A stretch of 64,000 nt of DNA from an uncultured Candidatus Actinomarina sp. (lineage in GTDB: Bacteria > Actinomycetota > Acidimicrobiia > Actinomarinales > Actinomarinaceae). The notes below the pieces were generated by a model that saw nothing but the letters and a program-made list of their open reading frames with translations, did not search any database and was not told where the DNA came from. The position numbers and the translations under genes are program-made. Location of the stretch: contig CACIJJ010000002.1 of assembly GCA_902587025.1 (NCBI GenBank), forward strand, positions 23,473 to 87,472, written 5' to 3'. Below, one piece after another: positions 20,271-29,456 of this stretch (positions are counted from its first letter, which is position 1; each line of letters begins with the position of its first letter).

Positions 20271-20987
20271 TTGAGTCTTCAAAAAAAAGTTTCTGTATTG
20301 ATGAGCGTTTATAATTCAGAATCTCAGGTAATAGATTCTGTGAAAAGCATTTTTCAACAAACATATAAAAACTATGATCTCCATATAATTGACGACTCTT
20401 CAACTGACAATACATACGATGTTATAAAAGAATATATTTCTGACTCCCCAAATGTTAATTTGATTAAGAATAAAGAAAACCTTGGTTTAACTAAGTCTCT
20501 TAATATTTTAATTAATGAAAGCGATGGAGAACTCATTGCTAGACAAGATGCTGATGATATAAGTTCACCCTTTAGATTGGAAAAGCAAATAAATAAGCTA
20601 GAGCATCATAATTTAGATGCATGTACTACTAGAGCACTTACTTTAGATGAAAATAAGATTATCCCAAATTTTTCATATTACTTACCAAAAAAAATAGTAA
20701 TTAAATATAAAAATCCATTCATTCATGGAAGTTTGATTATTAAAAGGACTGTTTTAGTCAACTTAGGGGGTTATAACGAAAATTTTTATTACTCACAAGA
20801 CTATAAACTCTTTTACGATTTTATTAATAGTAACTTTAAAATTAATATTTTAAAAGAGCCTTTATATTTTTTAAATACAAAAAACAATATATCAAGCAAC
20901 TTTCAACACCTTCAAGAATACTATGCTAATTGTGTCAAAAAAAATAAGATACCAAAAATAGATATTAGAGATCAAATTATTCCTTAA
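20271..20987 (+). CDS. GT2 glycosyltransferase
   Basis: VSVLMSVYNSE, then IIDDSSTDNT, then RQDADDIS (DxD). TTG start 1 nt after the upstream stop. Confidence 0.7.
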   Translation: MSLQKKVSVLMSVYNSESQVIDSVKSIFQQTYKNYDLHIIDDSSTDNTYDVIKEYISDSPNVNLIKNKENLGLTKSLNILINESDGELIARQDADDISSPFRLEKQINKLEHHNLDACTTRALTLDENKIIPNFSYYLPKKIVIKYKNPFIHGSLIIKRTVLVNLGGYNENFYYSQDYKLFYDFINSNFKINILKEPLYFLNTKNNISSNFQHLQEYYANCVKKNKIPKIDIRDQIIP

Positions 20988-20988
20988 A

Positions 20989-21930
20989 ATGCAAAATAAT
21001 AATAAATCAAAAATATATCTAAATAGAGCAAGAGAAAATTGGATTGCCGATAGACTTACAAAAGAATTTTGTGGTTTTAATACAACTAAAACTACAAAAT
21101 TTATAAGTCAATCTGATAAAATTTGGATAATTGCTCCTTGGGTGTGGAAAAACATCTCCAAAAAACACTTAATTAATAAAAAGGTTGTATGCACAATTCA
21201 CCATATAGATGAACAAAAATTTGATTCTGCAGATTTAAAAGATTTTAAAGATAGAGATGTGTATGTTAATCAATATCATGTTACAAATGATATAACCCAT
21301 CAAAAGTTAGCTGATTTAACTAATAAAAAAATTGTAAAGATACCTTTTTGGATTAATCATGATACGTTTTTTAATATTGAAGACAGAGATAATCTTAGAA
21401 AAAAATTTAATTTAAATTCTAGCGATTTTTTAATAGGTTCTTTTCAAAGAGATTCCGAGGGTTCAAATTTATTACTACCAAAACTATCAAAAGGACCTGA
21501 CCAGTTTATAAAAATAATAGAGTATCTAAACAAACAATACCCAAATTTAACAGTTGTACTTACAGGTTGGAGAAGAGACTTTATCATTAATAAATTAAGA
21601 TCAAAGAATATAAATTTTAGATATTTTAAAAAAATTAATACTAAAATATCAAACGAACTTTATAATTGTTTAGATTTATACATAGTAGCCTCCAGAGTAG
21701 AAGGAGGACCGATGGCAATATTAGAAGCCGGGTTAACAAAGACCCCAATAATTTCTACAGATGTAGGAATTGCAAGTGACATATTGAGTTCTGAATCAAT
21801 ATATAACATGGATAATTATAAATCAGCTAAACCTAATATCGAATATGCATATTCAAACAGTTTGAAATTTACTCAGGAAAACATAAATAATGAATATTTA
21901 AAAATGTTTGATGGTCTTTATGAAAGTTAG
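20989..21930 (+). CDS. glycosyltransferase, GT-B fold (GT4-like C-terminal domain)
   Basis: DLYIVASRVEGGPMAILEAGLTKTPIISTDVG. Confidence 0.5.
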   Translation: MQNNNKSKIYLNRARENWIADRLTKEFCGFNTTKTTKFISQSDKIWIIAPWVWKNISKKHLINKKVVCTIHHIDEQKFDSADLKDFKDRDVYVNQYHVTNDITHQKLADLTNKKIVKIPFWINHDTFFNIEDRDNLRKKFNLNSSDFLIGSFQRDSEGSNLLLPKLSKGPDQFIKIIEYLNKQYPNLTVVLTGWRRDFIINKLRSKNINFRYFKKINTKISNELYNCLDLYIVASRVEGGPMAILEAGLTKTPIISTDVGIASDILSSESIYNMDNYKSAKPNIEYAYSNSLKFTQENINNEYLKMFDGLYES

Positions 21931-22957
21931 TATTGGAACAAAAGTAAAAGAAGGACCTTGGGGTGGAGGTAATTTATTTGCTAAAAATTTACAATCATAT
22001 TTACAAAAAAATGGGCATGAAGTAGTTAATGATTTATCGGATGAAGATATTGATATAATTTTAATCACTGAACCCAGAAAAACTTCAGAGTCATCAGCCT
22101 ATACACATTGGGATGTACAAAAATATTTGAGCTATGTAAACAAAAATACTATAGTAGTCCACCGACTTAACGAGTGTGACGAAAGAAAAGGAACAAATTA
22201 TGTGAATAATTATATGATGTCAGTTAACAAAATAGCTGACTATACAATTTATGTTAGCTCTTGGCTGAGAAGTCTATATGAAAAACAAGGCTTAGTAAAT
22301 AAAGATAGTTCCGTAATTCTCGCAGGTGCTGACAAAAAAATTTTTAACAATATTGGATTTATACCTTGGAACAAAAATGAAAAATTGAAAATAGTTACTC
22401 ATCACTGGGGTGCTAGCTGGAAAAAAGGATTTGATATTTATAAAGAATTAGATGAATTAATAGCTAATAGTAGATGGAGTAATAAAATTGAATTTTCATA
22501 TATTGGAAACCTACCAAAAAATTTTAAATTCAAAAATTCAAAATCTATTCCCCCTCTTTCAGGTTTAGAGCTAGCAAGCAAGATTAAAGAAAACCATCTT
22601 TATTTAACAGCTTCAATAAACGAACCTTCTGGCAACCACCATATAGAGGCGGCTCAATGCGGACTTCCACTACTTTTTATTAACAGTGGTGGAATTCCAG
22701 AGTACTGTTCAAAGTATGGTTTAGAATTTAATAAATATAATTTTGAAGAAAAGCTAAATGAAATATATTATGATTACTCCAAATATCAAAAAAAAGTTGA
22801 AAAGTATCCAAATGAATCTGAAAAAATGGGTGAAGAATATTTAAAAATTTTTTATGAATTATTGGATAATAAAGACAAAATAATTAAAACCAAAAAATTA
22901 AACAATAATTTATTTGAAAAATACTTATATTTATCAATAAGAAAGATTTCTTTATAA
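21920..22957 (+). CDS. glycosyltransferase, GT-B fold (GT4-like)
   Basis: EPSGNHHIEAAQCGLPLLFINSGGIPEY. The start was moved to the ATG at 21920 (MKVSIG), overlapping the upstream gene by 11 nt. Confidence 0.5.
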   Translation: MKVSIGTKVKEGPWGGGNLFAKNLQSYLQKNGHEVVNDLSDEDIDIILITEPRKTSESSAYTHWDVQKYLSYVNKNTIVVHRLNECDERKGTNYVNNYMMSVNKIADYTIYVSSWLRSLYEKQGLVNKDSSVILAGADKKIFNNIGFIPWNKNEKLKIVTHHWGASWKKGFDIYKELDELIANSRWSNKIEFSYIGNLPKNFKFKNSKSIPPLSGLELASKIKENHLYLTASINEPSGNHHIEAAQCGLPLLFINSGGIPEYCSKYGLEFNKYNFEEKLNEIYYDYSKYQKKVEKYPNESEKMGEEYLKIFYELLDNKDKIIKTKKLNNNLFEKYLYLSIRKISL

Positions 22958-24028
22958 AATAATTTCTGATAAATTTTTGGTAAAAATCTCAATACTATAA
23001 ATATCATTAACTATTTTTTTTGCATTGCTAGATAATTTATCAGAGAAATCTTTGTTTTTGATTACTTTATTAATTGAGTTGGTCCACTCATCAAGTGAAT
23101 TATTTAAAAAAACTATATTTTCATTATTTCTAAAATTTTCAAAATCCCAGAAACCTGAAGTTTTTGTAATTAATACAGGAGTTTCCATAGACATTGATTG
23201 CAATGCAACACTTTGTCCGCTAGGTTGCATAGATTCCTTTAGTGGTAGTATCGTCAAGAGTGACTTAGAATAAAACTCTTTCATTTCAAGGTCATTTAAC
23301 TCTAACGAATTCCAGCTTCCTTTAATATGTGTGACATTTTTTTTGTGTATCTTTTCCATTCTTGAAGAAATAACAACAAAATTTATCGAGCTAAGATTAT
23401 CTATTAATTCAATAAGGAATTCATAATCTCTGTTTTTATCATTTCCAATAAATAGAACGAATTCCTTTATATTTGATTTAGGATTATTCCAAAATTCTTT
23501 ATCAACGCAAAATGGTAATAAATGAAAACGATCTGAGTAAGATCTGTACTTATTAATAGCAGCCTTGTACTCTCCTTCACCAAGAAATATTAAATTATCA
23601 GAAACTTTTATTAAGAAAAAATTTAATATTTTCTTTGATTTTTTTTCCAAATCGAAATCTGAAAACCCCATTATAAAAGTAGAAATACTTATATTTCTAA
23701 ACAGTTTTAAAAAGAATACTACTGGCAAGGTAGAGTATCCGATATTTTGATTGGTATTAATAATATGTGTACTATGATAAAAAATTCTTAAATTTTTGTA
23801 AGTTAATATTTTTTCTGTATACATAGGCACTTTTAATATTTTTCGAATTAATTTAAATATAAAATTAGAAATTAAGTTACCTGATTTTGATAATTCAATA
23901 ATTGAACAGTCGTTAATAGGGTCTTTGTTTAAATCAAAAAATGAATAAAAAAATTCTCTAGGAAAAACACTCTCATCTGAAAGTCTTGAGATTCTACCTT
24001 CTTTAAATACGTAAGTTATTTTATTCAA
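22952..24028 (-). CDS. glycosyltransferase, GT-B fold (GT4-like)
   Basis: MQPSGQSVALQSMSMETPVLITKTSGFWD. 358 aa. Confidence 0.45.
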   Translation of the reverse strand: MNKITYVFKEGRISRLSDESVFPREFFYSFFDLNKDPINDCSIIELSKSGNLISNFIFKLIRKILKVPMYTEKILTYKNLRIFYHSTHIINTNQNIGYSTLPVVFFLKLFRNISISTFIMGFSDFDLEKKSKKILNFFLIKVSDNLIFLGEGEYKAAINKYRSYSDRFHLLPFCVDKEFWNNPKSNIKEFVLFIGNDKNRDYEFLIELIDNLSSINFVVISSRMEKIHKKNVTHIKGSWNSLELNDLEMKEFYSKSLLTILPLKESMQPSGQSVALQSMSMETPVLITKTSGFWDFENFRNNENIVFLNNSLDEWTNSINKVIKNKDFSDKLSSNAKKIVNDIYSIEIFTKNLSEIIL

Positions 24029-24062
24029 ACATTTTAAATTATATTATTAAACTACAACTTAG

Positions 24063-25355
24063 ATGCTTATTAAAAATATTTTTACATATTTATATTTTGT
24101 CCTATTGATTTTACTTTCCATTTTTTCACGCTCTTTTGCTGGTTTGTACATTTCTCAATTTCGCTTGGGCGAGCTTTTGATTGGAGGTGCTTTATTAAGC
24201 TATCTTATATTTTTCATATCCGGAAGAAGCAAAATTTTAAAATTAGTACCAAATTTTTTAATTGTAAATAAATTGAAGATAATTTTTTTTAGTACATTTT
24301 TTCTTTTAGTTTTTAATAGCACAAAAGAGTTTGATCTTGGTTCAATTAGGAGAAGTTCTTATGTTTGGACTTTGATATTTCTATTATTTGGTGCTTATTT
24401 GCTCAAAGACCTAGATAAACCAATACAAAGCTATATCTTTGCAATTAATTTAGTTGCTTTATATTTATTTTCATATGGATACTACCCAAATTTTATAATT
24501 GACTTTTTCAAACAGTTTTCTGATAAATTTGATTTCATCAAAGCTTCAGACATATTTTTATCATTATTGGTAGCCAACCAGATTGTCATCAGATCGGGCT
24601 TTAATAAAAAAATATCTCTTGTATTTACTATATTTTCTTCTTTTGCCTTTCTTCCATATTTTATATCTCAAAGCAGAGGTTCAACGCTCGCATGCTTAGT
24701 TTTTATGTTTATATTTTTATACGAGATGAGAAATACACTAATTAAATATAAAATTTTTACTTTTATTACATTAATTGGTGGTTTAATAATATTTATTTTT
24801 TCAACTTTATTAATTACCCAAAGAATAGAAAATAATTCAGTATTTGAAGGTAATTTTCAAAATGAAATAGTAGTTGCCGTAGATGATAATTTAAAAAATA
24901 AAAATATAAAGGAAGGATTTTTTGGTTTTTATTTACAAGATGGACGGCTAATGTCTAAAGACAACACAACCAATTGGAGATTAGATATTTGGCAGGATTT
25001 ATTCTGGGATTTAAATTCCAATGGCAATATTTTAATTGGATATGGTTTTGATTCAATTTTCCCCGTTATGTTAGACCCTACAGCTCCAGGAAGGCTTGGA
25101 AGAGATGGATTAAATGAAAATGTACACAACTATTTTGTCAACATATTAGGGAGAGGTGGATTACTACAATTGATTCTTTTTATTATTCTATATTTTACAA
25201 TAATTAAAAACTGGATGAAAATAGAGTCGAAAGCTATGATTTTTTCCTATTTAATACCAGTCCTAATAGTTTCTTCACTAGATGTAACAATGGAAGGAGT
25301 ACAGTTTCCTATAATTTTCTATTCATATCTGGGATTATTTGCATATTCAGATTAA
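24063..25355 (+). CDS. O-antigen ligase/polymerase-like membrane protein (Wzy/WaaL family)
   Basis: About 10 TM segments, a periplasmic loop, and the motif FISQSRGSTLACLVFMF, which is typical of the Wzy_C/O-antigen ligase domain. Confidence 0.5.
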   Translation: MLIKNIFTYLYFVLLILLSIFSRSFAGLYISQFRLGELLIGGALLSYLIFFISGRSKILKLVPNFLIVNKLKIIFFSTFFLLVFNSTKEFDLGSIRRSSYVWTLIFLLFGAYLLKDLDKPIQSYIFAINLVALYLFSYGYYPNFIIDFFKQFSDKFDFIKASDIFLSLLVANQIVIRSGFNKKISLVFTIFSSFAFLPYFISQSRGSTLACLVFMFIFLYEMRNTLIKYKIFTFITLIGGLIIFIFSTLLITQRIENNSVFEGNFQNEIVVAVDDNLKNKNIKEGFFGFYLQDGRLMSKDNTTNWRLDIWQDLFWDLNSNGNILIGYGFDSIFPVMLDPTAPGRLGRDGLNENVHNYFVNILGRGGLLQLILFIILYFTIIKNWMKIESKAMIFSYLIPVLIVSSLDVTMEGVQFPIIFYSYLGLFAYSD

Positions 25356-25403
25356 GATTATATATTTATTATTCTTTATAAATACATTACAATATAAACA
25401 AAT

Positions 25404-26438
25404 ATGAAAAAAGCTCTCCTAACAGGAATAACTGGCCAAGATGGGTATTATCTTACAAGACTTTTAATTGATAAAGGTTACGAGGTTCATGGGACAATAA
25501 GAAGAACATCCTCCATTAATACATTTAGGCTTGATCCTTTAATTTCAAAATATCAACCAGATGGCATTCTAAATCTTCATTATTCAGACTTACTTGATTC
25601 ATCATCGTTAGAACTTCTAATTAACCAGATAGAGCCCGACGAAGTTTATAATTTAGCAGCCCAATCTCATGTATCAGTTTCGTTTAAAAATCCTATATAT
25701 ACAACTCAAACAGCGACGTTGGGTTCTATTTCAATTCTGGAAGCTATTAGAAATTCAAACAAAGATGTAAAATTTTATCAAGCATCTTCTTCTGAGATGT
25801 ATGGAGGAGACTCAAAAGAGTTGCTTAATGAGCAATCGCTATTTAATCCAAAAAGTCCCTATGCAGCATCAAAAGTATTTGCTCATAATATCACCAAAAT
25901 ATACAGAGAATCATACGATATATTTAGTGTGAATGGAATATTGTTTAACCACGAATCACCTTATAGAGGGGAGACTTTTGTTACTAGAAAAATTACAAGA
26001 GCTCTAGGCAGAATCGCATGTGGACTACAGTCAAAAGTTACTCTAGGCAATTTAGATGCATCAAGAGACTGGGGGTTTGCAGGTGATTATGTAAAAGGTA
26101 TGTGGATGATGTTGAATCACGAAAAAGCTGATGATTGGGTACTTGCAACTGGTGAAACACATACAGTAAAAGATTTTTTAAAAATTGCGTTCGAATACTT
26201 AAGCTTAAATTATGAAGAATTTGTTGAGACTTCAGATAAATATTATAGGCCAAACGAAGTAGAGCATCTTCTGGGTGATTCAACAAAAGCTAGAAAACAG
26301 CTTGGTTGGAAGCCTGAGGTTGAATTTGAGCAGTTGGTTCACATGATGGTTGATTTTGATTTAAATCTTGCCAAAAGAGAAAAGCTATTGATAGATGAGG
26401 GTTATTTAAAACCTACTTGGGAAAATTTCATTTCCTAG
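25404..26438 (+). CDS. gmd: GDP-mannose 4,6-dehydratase
   Basis: MKKALLTGITGQDGYYL, VHGTIRRTSSINTFRLD, NLAAQSHVSVSF, ASSSEMYG and YAASK, all canonical Gmd blocks. Confidence 0.9.
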   Translation: MKKALLTGITGQDGYYLTRLLIDKGYEVHGTIRRTSSINTFRLDPLISKYQPDGILNLHYSDLLDSSSLELLINQIEPDEVYNLAAQSHVSVSFKNPIYTTQTATLGSISILEAIRNSNKDVKFYQASSSEMYGGDSKELLNEQSLFNPKSPYAASKVFAHNITKIYRESYDIFSVNGILFNHESPYRGETFVTRKITRALGRIACGLQSKVTLGNLDASRDWGFAGDYVKGMWMMLNHEKADDWVLATGETHTVKDFLKIAFEYLSLNYEEFVETSDKYYRPNEVEHLLGDSTKARKQLGWKPEVEFEQLVHMMVDFDLNLAKREKLLIDEGYLKPTWENFIS

Positions 26439-27363
26439 CAACATCATAATTTTCTGAAAACCATTTGAATGTTTTACTGATACCATCTCGAATTTTTATT
26501 TTTGCTTTCCATCCTTTGCTATTTAAATAACTTGAATCTAATAACTTCCTTGGATTACCATCAGGCATGCTTTCATCAAAAATAACCTCTCCAGGAAAAG
26601 AGGAAATATCTTTTATAAGATAGGCTAAGTCCTTTATAGTAATTTCTTCCGATGAACCAACATTAATTAATTCTTTTTCGATATTATTTTCAATAATGAA
26701 ATTTACTGCAGCTGAAAAATCATCAACGTGTAAAAATTCTCTTAGTGGGCTACCTGAACCCCAAATTTCAATTGATTCTTGATTATTTATTTTTGCATTA
26801 TAAAATTTATGAATCAAACTAGGTATAACATGTCCATTTTCAAGAGAAAAATTATCTCTATAACCATACAAGTTAGTAGGCATCAAGTTCACAACAACAG
26901 ATCCGTATTGATATTTTAATGATTTTCCAAGCTCAATTGCTGTAATTTTAGCTAATGCATAAGGTGAATTAGTTGGTTCAAGAACTCCTGTCATAAAACT
27001 ATCTTCTTTTATAGGGACAGCGGCCCCTAAGGGGTATATGCAACTACTTCCTAAGTTTATTATTTTAAGGTTCGGTTTATTTATTGAAGATTCTAGAACA
27101 TTAATATTTATTTTTAGGTTTTCAAGTAAAAAATCAACTCTTTGTGTATTATTCGCATTTATCCCTCCAACTTTTGCTGCGGCATTTATGATAAGATCAG
27201 GATTTTGGTTATCTATATACTTTTTTGTACTTTTATAATCAAATAAATCTAATTCGTTTCTGCTTGGAGACTGAATTTTTAAGTTTTTGTTATGAGAAAG
27301 CGTTTCTTTAAGAGATGAACCTACAAGCCCAGAACCACCTAATAATAAAGTTTTAATTTTCAT
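26428..27363 (-). CDS. fcl: GDP-L-fucose synthase (GDP-4-keto-6-deoxymannose 3,5-epimerase/4-reductase)
   Basis: LLGGSGLVGSS, YALAKITAIELGKSL, NLYGYRDNFSLENGHVIPSLIHKF. Convergent with gmd, overlapping it by 11 nt. Confidence 0.8.
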   Translation of the reverse strand: MKIKTLLLGGSGLVGSSLKETLSHNKNLKIQSPSRNELDLFDYKSTKKYIDNQNPDLIINAAAKVGGINANNTQRVDFLLENLKININVLESSINKPNLKIINLGSSCIYPLGAAVPIKEDSFMTGVLEPTNSPYALAKITAIELGKSLKYQYGSVVVNLMPTNLYGYRDNFSLENGHVIPSLIHKFYNAKINNQESIEIWGSGSPLREFLHVDDFSAAVNFIIENNIEKELINVGSSEEITIKDLAYLIKDISSFPGEVIFDESMPDGNPRKLLDSSYLNSKGWKAKIKIRDGISKTFKWFSENYDVARK

Positions 27364-27423
27364 ATCTTATCTAATTAATAATATAACAGCAGTAAAAAGT
27401 ATTAATCTATAAATTAATATCGA

Positions 27424-28323
27424 TTGTTTATAATATATATGATGAAATCTTTACCCTATTTAGTTAACATTCCTCCCTTTATGTTTAGAGGTGTAGACAC
27501 AGATAATTTTGGTTTTATCGAAAAACTGGTATTTATTATAAAGGGAAAAATTATAAGTAATATCATTATTAAAACTAACGGTAAAATATTTTGTTTATTA
27601 ATCAATTTTTTTTATCCAAAAGAAAATTCCATATACTATGAAAACAAAAAGTACAAAAAAAAATTAAGTGATTCAAAAATTATTAGTTTTCCAAATAAGA
27701 GAATTCTCAGAATAGTTAATAAACCTGATATACATTTAGAAAAATTATTAGCTTCCTATTGCTTGGATAATATTGAAATATTAAATAACGATACTGTAAT
27801 TGATTGTGGAGCAAATGTAGGAGAGATAAAAATTGCATTAAATTTTCAGGGTAAATTTCCAAAGTATATAGCATTTGAACCAGATGGAGATACATTTGAA
27901 TGTTTAAAGTTGAACACAAATGATGAATATACGAGACTTTTTAAACAAGGATTATCTGACTCACAGTCTTTAAAACAATTTTATCTAGATAATGAAGGTG
28001 GTAATTCTTCAGTAATTGATTTTGGATCAGGTATTAATACATTAGTTCCATGTATTGATCTAGACAATCTCAATATTGACTATAAAGTTAAACTATTCAA
28101 AGTTGAAGCGGAAGGCTATGAACCAGAAGTACTTTTAGGGTCTTTAAAAACTCTAAAATACATTGAGTACATCTCTGTAGATTTTGGTGCAGAAAGAGGT
28201 ATAAGTGAAGAAAATACCATTCCCGAGGTAAATAAAATATTATACAAAAATAACTTTGAATTGATTAAATTTAGCAACTATAGACAAATTGGACTTTATA
28301 AGCAAAAAGAATATAACTTTTAG
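27424..28323 (+). CDS. FkbM-family methyltransferase
   Basis: IDCGANVGE, then YIAFEPDGDTFECL, then FKVEAEGYEPEVLLGS, the characteristic FkbM blocks. Confidence 0.65.
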   Translation: MFIIYMMKSLPYLVNIPPFMFRGVDTDNFGFIEKLVFIIKGKIISNIIIKTNGKIFCLLINFFYPKENSIYYENKKYKKKLSDSKIISFPNKRILRIVNKPDIHLEKLLASYCLDNIEILNNDTVIDCGANVGEIKIALNFQGKFPKYIAFEPDGDTFECLKLNTNDEYTRLFKQGLSDSQSLKQFYLDNEGGNSSVIDFGSGINTLVPCIDLDNLNIDYKVKLFKVEAEGYEPEVLLGSLKTLKYIEYISVDFGAERGISEENTIPEVNKILYKNNFELIKFSNYRQIGLYKQKEYNF

Positions 28324-28325
28324 AC

Positions 28326-29456
28326 ATGCATCAATCAAAACTCTGGTACCACTCAATTGAAGAAGGCATATTACAATTACTTCAGAAACTTAATAGGCCC
28401 GAAACTAATTTTGAATTTAATCCAGTTCTTTTGGGAAATACTAAATCAGGAAATAAAATAAAGCTTGGCCCCTCAATTTACGCACTTAAAATACTTAAAA
28501 TTTTAAATAATAAAGAATTTTTAAACAACAACACAATTTCTGAATGGGGAGATTTTATTAACTCATTTCAAAAACAGAATTCTAAATTTCCTACAAACTC
28601 ATTTATAGATGAAGGTTATTTAACTGAGATAACAAAGTTTAATTTACAAAATGACTTTAAAAATTTAATAAAGAAAATAATCTTATCTTTTAATGAAAAA
28701 GTACCTTTTGAAGAAAACGAAAAAAAAATAGTGAAATCAGTTAAAGCAGAAACTAAACAAGCTATTTCTATTCTTCATGAATTCAATATGAAAAATAAAT
28801 ATTTGTATATAGATTTTCCAAGACTAGATTCAAGAATTAAAAATTATCTCGATTCGTATAATTGGCAGTACCCATGGAATAGTGGTGCTCAATTTGCAGG
28901 TCAATGTTTATTTATTTCTACCCAACTTCCAGAAGATGAAAGACTTCAATGTAAAAAAGTATTATCTAGTTTTATCAAAAATAAAGTTAATAAAGAAACT
29001 GGTTTCTATTATGAGGGATCTTTACCTCAATCTGCACAACTAGTAAATGGAGCAATGAAAGTTTTAACAGGACTTCAGTGGATTGATGAGGAAATACATT
29101 ACCCAAAAAAAATAATTGATTATTCTTTAAACTATGTTCCAAATAGAGAAGGTTGCGATTTAATAGATGTAGTACATGTTTTAAGTTTGTGCGGAAAGCA
29201 ATCTGGCTATAAAAAAAATCAGATTATTAAATATTTCGACAATATTTTGAACATGGTAAAGGAACATTATCAACCAAAAACTGGTGGCTTTTCATACTTT
29301 ATTAACAAAAGCCAAACTCATTATTATGGATTAAAAATCTCAGACGGTAGAGACACTTCTGATTTACACGGCACATTATTATGTCTTTGGGCAATTTCAA
29401 TAATTTTAGATTTTAAAGAAGACTCAAGTCAAAATTGGAATATACTCAAGCCCTAG
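28326..29456 (+). CDS. hypothetical protein, possible alpha/alpha-toroid (prenyltransferase/terpene cyclase-like) fold
   Basis: 376 aa and soluble. Single KTGGFSYF repeat-like element. No firm family. Confidence 0.3.
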   Translation: MHQSKLWYHSIEEGILQLLQKLNRPETNFEFNPVLLGNTKSGNKIKLGPSIYALKILKILNNKEFLNNNTISEWGDFINSFQKQNSKFPTNSFIDEGYLTEITKFNLQNDFKNLIKKIILSFNEKVPFEENEKKIVKSVKAETKQAISILHEFNMKNKYLYIDFPRLDSRIKNYLDSYNWQYPWNSGAQFAGQCLFISTQLPEDERLQCKKVLSSFIKNKVNKETGFYYEGSLPQSAQLVNGAMKVLTGLQWIDEEIHYPKKIIDYSLNYVPNREGCDLIDVVHVLSLCGKQSGYKKNQIIKYFDNILNMVKEHYQPKTGGFSYFINKSQTHYYGLKISDGRDTSDLHGTLLCLWAISIILDFKEDSSQNWNILKP

